DNA from: Promethearchaeota archaeon
GTDB taxonomy: Archaea > Asgardarchaeota > Lokiarchaeia > Sigyniarchaeales > SOKP01
Assembly: GCA_016839705.1 (NCBI GenBank)
Contig: JAEOTR010000032.1
Span: forward strand, 22,464 to 86,463
Direction: 5' to 3'
DNA: 64,000 nucleotides
Both the position numbers and the translations under genes were made by a program. Shown in pieces: positions 58,817 through 64,000 of the stretch. The notes beneath the pieces are model-generated. The model saw only the letters and a program-made list of their open reading frames with translations, searched no databases and was not told the origin of the DNA. Numbering within the stretch: position 1 is the stretch's first letter; every line of letters begins with the position of its first letter.

Positions 58817-60286
58817 TCAGCTCCAGCTGATTTTAAAAGTTATAGCATAATCGCATGGTTTTTGATCGGGAACTTCGATATGGAGCCCATCATCATCTAC
58901 CGTCCATTTAAGATCTCTTTCTACACCTAACATTTTAATTGACCTGATATCTTCTTCTCTGATTAAATGGAACGAATTTGGATCATCTGATACTGTCATA
59001 TTAATCCAAGATGTTCTAATTGTTTTAATAGTCAATCTTGGTCTTATTGGCCATCCTAATACAATAGTATAAAGGGAATTATCCTTTACTGTGAATCTCA
59101 TATCTTCTGGAGTATAAGGTCTATCCCCTCGTTCAGAAAACATACCTCCTTCTCCCAACTTTGTGGGACCTTCCTCAGCTATCGACCATGGAGTACTTCC
59201 ATAAATCGCTTCTCCGTTAAGCTTCAACCATTTACCCATTTCGAGTATTGCTTCTTGGTGAAGATCAGGTATTGTGCCGTCCGATTTTGGACCAACATTT
59301 ATTACTAAATAACCATGTTTAGCCACACGATCTACAAAATTGTGTACAAGAATTCTGGGTGATTTGGTGCCGGCTTCTCGAGCATAACCCCAGGCAGTAC
59401 TCTGAGCATTGAAGTCTATAGAAGTGTCCGTTATCCATTTATAATAGGTTAATTTATTAGCACGTCCAACTTCATAATCAACAACTCCAAAACCAGGAGG
59501 AATATTATTATTCTTATATAATATTTCGACTTCTCTACCCCACTCTTCAGCCTTATTGAAATAATATGCTAAGACTTCTTTTTTATAATTTTCTTTAATC
59601 CTACCTAAACCAAAATCCCACCATATTAAATCGGGTTTATATTTATCAATTACCTCAATTACTATGGCTTTCCACCAGTCAAGAAACTCTTTATTTGGCC
59701 AGATCTGATATCGTTTATACTTCCCGTGATACCTAATTCCATATAATCCTGCAAATTCGGGATTATAAGTGTCAAATTCAGGATCTGACTGAGGAAAAAA
59801 ATGCCAGTTTGCAGCATGATGGAATGCAACCATGAATTTCATGCCCTGTTTTCTAATCGCTTTTTCCATTTCACCAACAGTATCCCGTTTTGGTCCCATA
59901 TTAGCAGCATTCCACTTGGTCACTTGACTATCCCACATGGCAAAAGAATCATGATGGATTGCAACAGGACCAGCGAATTTAGCACCCGCATCCTTAAATA
60001 ATTTAGCCCATTCATCAGGATTAAACTTTTCCGCTTTGAATAGAGGGATAAGATCTTTATAACCAAAATCAGTTGGATTGCCGTAATGCTGGACGTGATA
60101 TTCATATTGTGGTGATCCTTTTCTGTACATCCAAAATGGGTACCAACTGACATTAGGTCCACAAGCGGGAACAGAATATATACCCCAATGATAATAAATT
60201 CCAAATTTGGCATCATCAAGCCATTCTGGAGTTCTATGCCTTTTTAGGGAATTCCATGTTGGTTTGTATTTTTCTTCAGAATTCAT
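58817..60286 (-). CDS. Alpha-L-fucosidase (GH29)
   Basis: DAKFGIYYHWG, FNPDEWA, HHD, PDLIWWD, NVGPKSDG, NGEAIYGS. Confidence 0.93.
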   Translation of the reverse strand: MNSEEKYKPTWNSLKRHRTPEWLDDAKFGIYYHWGIYSVPACGPNVSWYPFWMYRKGSPQYEYHVQHYGNPTDFGYKDLIPLFKAEKFNPDEWAKLFKDAGAKFAGPVAIHHDSFAMWDSQVTKWNAANMGPKRDTVGEMEKAIRKQGMKFMVAFHHAANWHFFPQSDPEFDTYNPEFAGLYGIRYHGKYKRYQIWPNKEFLDWWKAIVIEVIDKYKPDLIWWDFGLGRIKENYKKEVLAYYFNKAEEWGREVEILYKNNNIPPGFGVVDYEVGRANKLTYYKWITDTSIDFNAQSTAWGYAREAGTKSPRILVHNFVDRVAKHGYLVINVGPKSDGTIPDLHQEAILEMGKWLKLNGEAIYGSTPWSIAEEGPTKLGEGGMFSERGDRPYTPEDMRFTVKDNSLYTIVLGWPIRPRLTIKTIRTSWINMTVSDDPNSFHLIREEDIRSIKMLGVERDLKWTVDDDGLHIEVPDQKPCDYAITFKISWS

Positions 60287-60727
60287 ATTTATTCTAATTT
60301 CTTTTAGTTAAAATTTTTTCCTTAGTAAATTAAAAGTAGTCTAAATTATCTAATAAATCCATACTGTTGGTGTATGTGATTTCTCAATTAAAAAAGATCC
60401 GTTGGAAATTTCAAACTTTACAATTTTAACTCTCGTTATCAATAACGTTTTAAATGTTTTATTATATTTCTGAAATTTGGTAACAGATGCAGTACAAAAA
60501 GACGGGTACATTTCTCAAGCGTCTAACTCATATTCTTTCATGAAATTTCAATGAAAATTAAATTTTCGTTTAAATTTCTGATAAATTCTGAATTCTAAAA
60601 GTTAATTTAAACAATTTTATTTATTACATATTTTGTCGGAAGGCATAAAGTTTTTAATCTGAATTTTTATGGGAAAACTGGGATAAGAATATTTTTAAGA
60701 ATAAATATATTAGCAGGATTTTTTAAC

Positions 60728-61003
60728 ATGGAAGTTTTAAAAACTTTGCTTAATAAGCGAGGAGTATATAATACATTTCAAGTGCTCTCTCTATTTGACA
60801 ATTTTAGAGCGGGTAAATATACATTTTACAAGAAACTCAATGAATTTAGTTATTATAATTCATTTCTTCGAATAAAAGATGATCTTATAAAAAATGGATT
60901 ACTTAACGTTGACAATCATAATAAATCGTGCTTTTATGAACTTACGTCTAAAGGGAAAGAAGTGTTTTTCCTTTTAAAAAAATTAGATAAGTTATTGGAA
61001 TGA
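60728..61003 (+). CDS. Small winged-helix protein
   Basis: 91 aa; LIKNGLL..YELTSKGKEV wing motif. Confidence 0.75.
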   Translation: MEVLKTLLNKRGVYNTFQVLSLFDNFRAGKYTFYKKLNEFSYYNSFLRIKDDLIKNGLLNVDNHNKSCFYELTSKGKEVFFLLKKLDKLLE

Positions 61004-61320
61004 CGGAATTGGAATCCTTATAACGATTCTTTATTAAGTGAATTAAGATATCCAATCCAATAAAGATTTTGCCTATTAAATAACATGAACTTTCAAAATC
61101 TTTTTCAATGAGATATTTAAGAGTGTTTAATTTATTTCAAATCCAAATTTAATTTGACAGAATTTTTTTCATTTTTGTTAAAAAAAGATAAAACTTTTTA
61201 TATTTTAGTATAATTTAGAATAATTGTTTTGAATATAGACGACAATAAAACGATTCCACCCGTTTTTGAAATTCATTAATTAAATTAGAAGAATTAGATT
61301 ACTAGAAAAGCGAAATTTTC

Positions 61321-64000
61321 ATGTTTTTTGTATATGAATCATTATTTTTATTAATTGGATTTTTAGGATTATATTTTTTTACAAGCAAGAAATTCAGAAA
61401 AAAGTTTTATTATTTATTAATAGTTTTGTTTGGTTTTTTTTTATGTATTAGTTGTCCTTTATATATTGGTGATAACACTAATGATAATGAGAATCAAATT
61501 GAAGTTGATACCATTAGTCCTAAGGAATCAGGATATTGGTTGATAGATCACATTGAAATTGATCAAAATAATGCCTTACTAACTTGGGAGGTAACGAATC
61601 AGACCAATTTATGGTGTACTGGTAGTGGAACTAGTGATGATCCCTTTATAATTGAGAATGTGTCTATTAATGCTAATAACTATGATATAGGGATCTCCAT
61701 AAACGGTTCAAAGGGAATTTATTTTATTATTAAAAATTGTCAGGTTTCTAATGCTAGTATTGGTATCTACTTAGATACTACTGATGATGGGTCTATTATT
61801 AATAATAGTATATCAAACAATAATGAAACAGGTATATTTATTCACAATTGTAAAAGCAATAATATTATCGGAAATATTATTCAAAATAATTCTCAACATG
61901 GGGTATTATTAAATGGTCCCAATAGCCAGAGAAATAATTTTTATAGAAATGAATTTATTGAAAATGGTAAGCATGCATTAGATGATAGTAAAGAAGGTAA
62001 AAATTCATGGTATAACTCATCAATTGGTAATTATTGGGATAATTACACAGGCAAAGACGCTAATGATGATAATATTGGAGATATACCATATAATTATATC
62101 TATGGTGGTGCTAATAGTCAAGATATTTATCCAATTTGGTGGGATGCTCCTTCTTTCTCTATTGTTTACCCATTAAATTATTCTACATATGGAAAATTTG
62201 CTGCCGACTTTAAACTTATTATAGAAGAGGGAAAAGGTGACTCGTTTTGGTATGAAATAGCAAGTAGAAATTCTTCATTTTTATCGTTATCAGGAGTAAT
62301 AGATGAAGAAATTATTGATGTTTTCGAACAAGATTTATGGGATAATTTATCCAATGGGACACATAGAATTAGGTTTTATGTAAATGATTCAAAAGGATAT
62401 ATTGGCATTGAAGACATTGTAATTAAGGTAATTATACCATCACTCAGCAATTGGTGGAATTCGTCTTATACATATCGAGTACCATTAAAATTAGTCAATA
62501 CGCATACAAAGGATCTAGCCAAAGGTTATTCTGTAAATGTTTCAATAAATACGGCCAACTTAATTTCAGCAGGAAAACTCAGAAATGATGGGAAGGATCT
62601 TCGCATTATATGGTATAACTATACTAGTGATATATGGGTAGAACTAGATCGTGTAAATACAACAAATTTTAATACAATTGACACCAGATTATGGTTTAAA
62701 ACTCAATCTTCAGTTAATCCTAACACTTATGATGGGAGTTACTACCTCTATTATGGGTATAATGATTGTGATGATCCCCCAATAAATGAAAGTAAAATTT
62801 ATGATTTTTTTGATGATTTCACCCAAACTGATGGACCTGCAAACGGTTGGACTGACATTAATGGTTCTTGGTCAGTAAATAATAGCATATATATCGAAAA
62901 CTTATTAGAAGTAGATGGTAGAACTTTATTAAATTCATATACAGTTGAAAACGCCTCAATAGAAGTAAGAGTAAATAGTAGTGCGGGAAATTTTGGAGCA
63001 GGAGTAATGTTCCGCCATCTTGATAATAATAATTTCTATACAGCAGGTATAGGTTTTTGGGAGTATGAAGTTGCTATTGGGAAATGGACTGATAATATCC
63101 CAACTCCACTTGACAATACTTCAGATAGTGAAACTGTATTGAATGCAGGCCAATGGTATGATTTGAAAATAGAGGTTTTGGGCTCCCAATATTTAGTTTA
63201 TTTAAATGGAATTTTGAAGAACAATATAACTGATACCGATCACCTAAATGATGGGCAGATTGGATTAATGACATGGACCAATGAATCAACGTCATATTTT
63301 GATGATTTGAAAATTAGATTATTAGTCCATAAAGAACCATTAATATTACTTGGTATTGAAGACACTTTTAGGCTTTCAATAGAAAGTATCGATTCTCCTT
63401 CTGCTGGAGCGTGGTTTAGTAGCATCCCTCCAAGTTATAGTCTTTCCATTATCGACGCGAATTTGGATGAAATTTGGTATACACTTGACGGTGGAACGAC
63501 AAATTATACAGGAGCTTTGAGCGGCACCATCGATTCTACGGCATGGAGTAATGCTGGTCAAGGAGCCGTTACAATCACATTCTATATAAACGATTCCGCG
63601 GGTAATTGGGACTCTGCGAGTGTAGGAATAAATAGAGATACAGTCGATCCTTCTCTAGATAGTATTGATTCACCCTCACCTGGAGCATGGTTTAACAGCA
63701 CTCCTCCAAGTTATAGCCTTTCTATCACCGAGTCGAATATAGATAAGATTTGGTACACTATCGATAGTGGTGTAAACAACTACACAGGAGCTTTGAGTGG
63801 GACCATCGATCCTACGGCATGGAGTAATGCCGGTCAAGGAGGTGTTACAATCACATTCTATGTGAACGATTCGGCAGGTAGCTGGGATTCTGCGAGTGTA
63901 GGAGTTAATAGAGATACGATTAATCCTTCGCTAGACAGTATCGATTCACCCTCACCTGGAGCATGGTTTAAGAGCACTCCTCCAAGTTATAGCCTTTCTA
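61321..64000 (+). CDS. Giant surface glycoprotein (NosD/CASH beta-helix, Ig-like, DUF2341-like, ConA-like, tandem Ig-like repeats); truncated by window end
   Basis: Open from ATG 61321 to 64000; N-terminal TMs; GSGTSDDPFIIEN, GNYWDNY..IGDIPY, WWNSSYTYR..DLRI..YYLYYG, YDFFDDF; absent from the ORF track because no stop falls in the window. Confidence 0.85.
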   Translation, partial: MFFVYESLFLLIGFLGLYFFTSKKFRKKFYYLLIVLFGFFLCISCPLYIGDNTNDNENQIEVDTISPKESGYWLIDHIEIDQNNALLTWEVTNQTNLWCTGSGTSDDPFIIENVSINANNYDIGISINGSKGIYFIIKNCQVSNASIGIYLDTTDDGSIINNSISNNNETGIFIHNCKSNNIIGNIIQNNSQHGVLLNGPNSQRNNFYRNEFIENGKHALDDSKEGKNSWYNSSIGNYWDNYTGKDANDDNIGDIPYNYIYGGANSQDIYPIWWDAPSFSIVYPLNYSTYGKFAADFKLIIEEGKGDSFWYEIASRNSSFLSLSGVIDEEIIDVFEQDLWDNLSNGTHRIRFYVNDSKGYIGIEDIVIKVIIPSLSNWWNSSYTYRVPLKLVNTHTKDLAKGYSVNVSINTANLISAGKLRNDGKDLRIIWYNYTSDIWVELDRVNTTNFNTIDTRLWFKTQSSVNPNTYDGSYYLYYGYNDCDDPPINESKIYDFFDDFTQTDGPANGWTDINGSWSVNNSIYIENLLEVDGRTLLNSYTVENASIEVRVNSSAGNFGAGVMFRHLDNNNFYTAGIGFWEYEVAIGKWTDNIPTPLDNTSDSETVLNAGQWYDLKIEVLGSQYLVYLNGILKNNITDTDHLNDGQIGLMTWTNESTSYFDDLKIRLLVHKEPLILLGIEDTFRLSIESIDSPSAGAWFSSIPPSYSLSIIDANLDEIWYTLDGGTTNYTGALSGTIDSTAWSNAGQGAVTITFYINDSAGNWDSASVGINRDTVDPSLDSIDSPSPGAWFNSTPPSYSLSITESNIDKIWYTIDSGVNNYTGALSGTIDPTAWSNAGQGGVTITFYVNDSAGSWDSASVGVNRDTINPSLDSIDSPSPGAWFKSTPPSYSLS
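63385..64000 (+). repeat. 276-bp (92-aa) tandem coding repeats
   Basis: Equivalent I-D-S-P-S-x-G-A-W-F codons start at 63388, 63664 and 63940. Confidence 0.9.

Noticed and set aside
60400-60600. Repeated GAAATTTC-like palindromes upstream of the small wHTH gene
   Set aside because: Short and AT-only in very AT-rich DNA; cannot be told from chance by eye
61982-63561. Short ORFs 61982, 63074, 63240 and 63376
   Set aside because: They lie inside the long frame 61321-64000
63385-64000. CRISPR array or DGR template/variable repeats
   Set aside because: In-frame 276-bp coding units with no spacers; differences are not adenine-specific and no reverse transcriptase is in the window
1-64000. tRNA, rRNA, prophage or defence island
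   Set aside because: No GC-rich structured RNA gene, integrase, capsid or nuclease-defence gene was recognised; a tRNAscan-SE/Infernal run would be needed to exclude RNA genes

Overview
This AT-rich window is most likely from an Asgard archaeon (Lokiarchaeia-like). That is an inference from a Rab-like GTPase, a ubiquitin-like protein ending in GG, Yip1, an Sds22-like LRR protein, Loki-type surface proteins and a eukaryote-like SECIS. Most of it is ordinary chromosome: TCA and amino-acid genes (two aconitases, citrate synthase, fumC, tandem GDHs), acyl-CoA ligases, glycoside hydrolases and secreted beta-helix/Ig proteins. I saw no rRNA, tRNA, CRISPR array or transposase. Highlights, several missed by the ORF track: (1) a hidden UxxC selenoperoxiredoxin-like gene (46916-47430) with in-frame TGA, a 3'-UTR SECIS hairpin and a -1 frameshift near its end; (2) three membrane proteins with 2+2+1 TM/left-handed beta-helix modules resembling the Pls/PosA NRPS terminal region, among three acyl-activating enzymes; (3) an 87-bp bipartite element in inverted orientation on both sides of a tandem-wHTH gene, with a third core copy before the ubiquitin-like gene; (4) a Ubl / degenerate GTPase / membrane C4C4-RING neighbourhood; (5) two genes whose conserved N-termini lack a canonical start codon; (6) unannotated zinc-ribbon microproteins; (7) a giant surface protein with 276-bp tandem repeats running off the window end. 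Family calls come from motif recognition by eye, not database searches.
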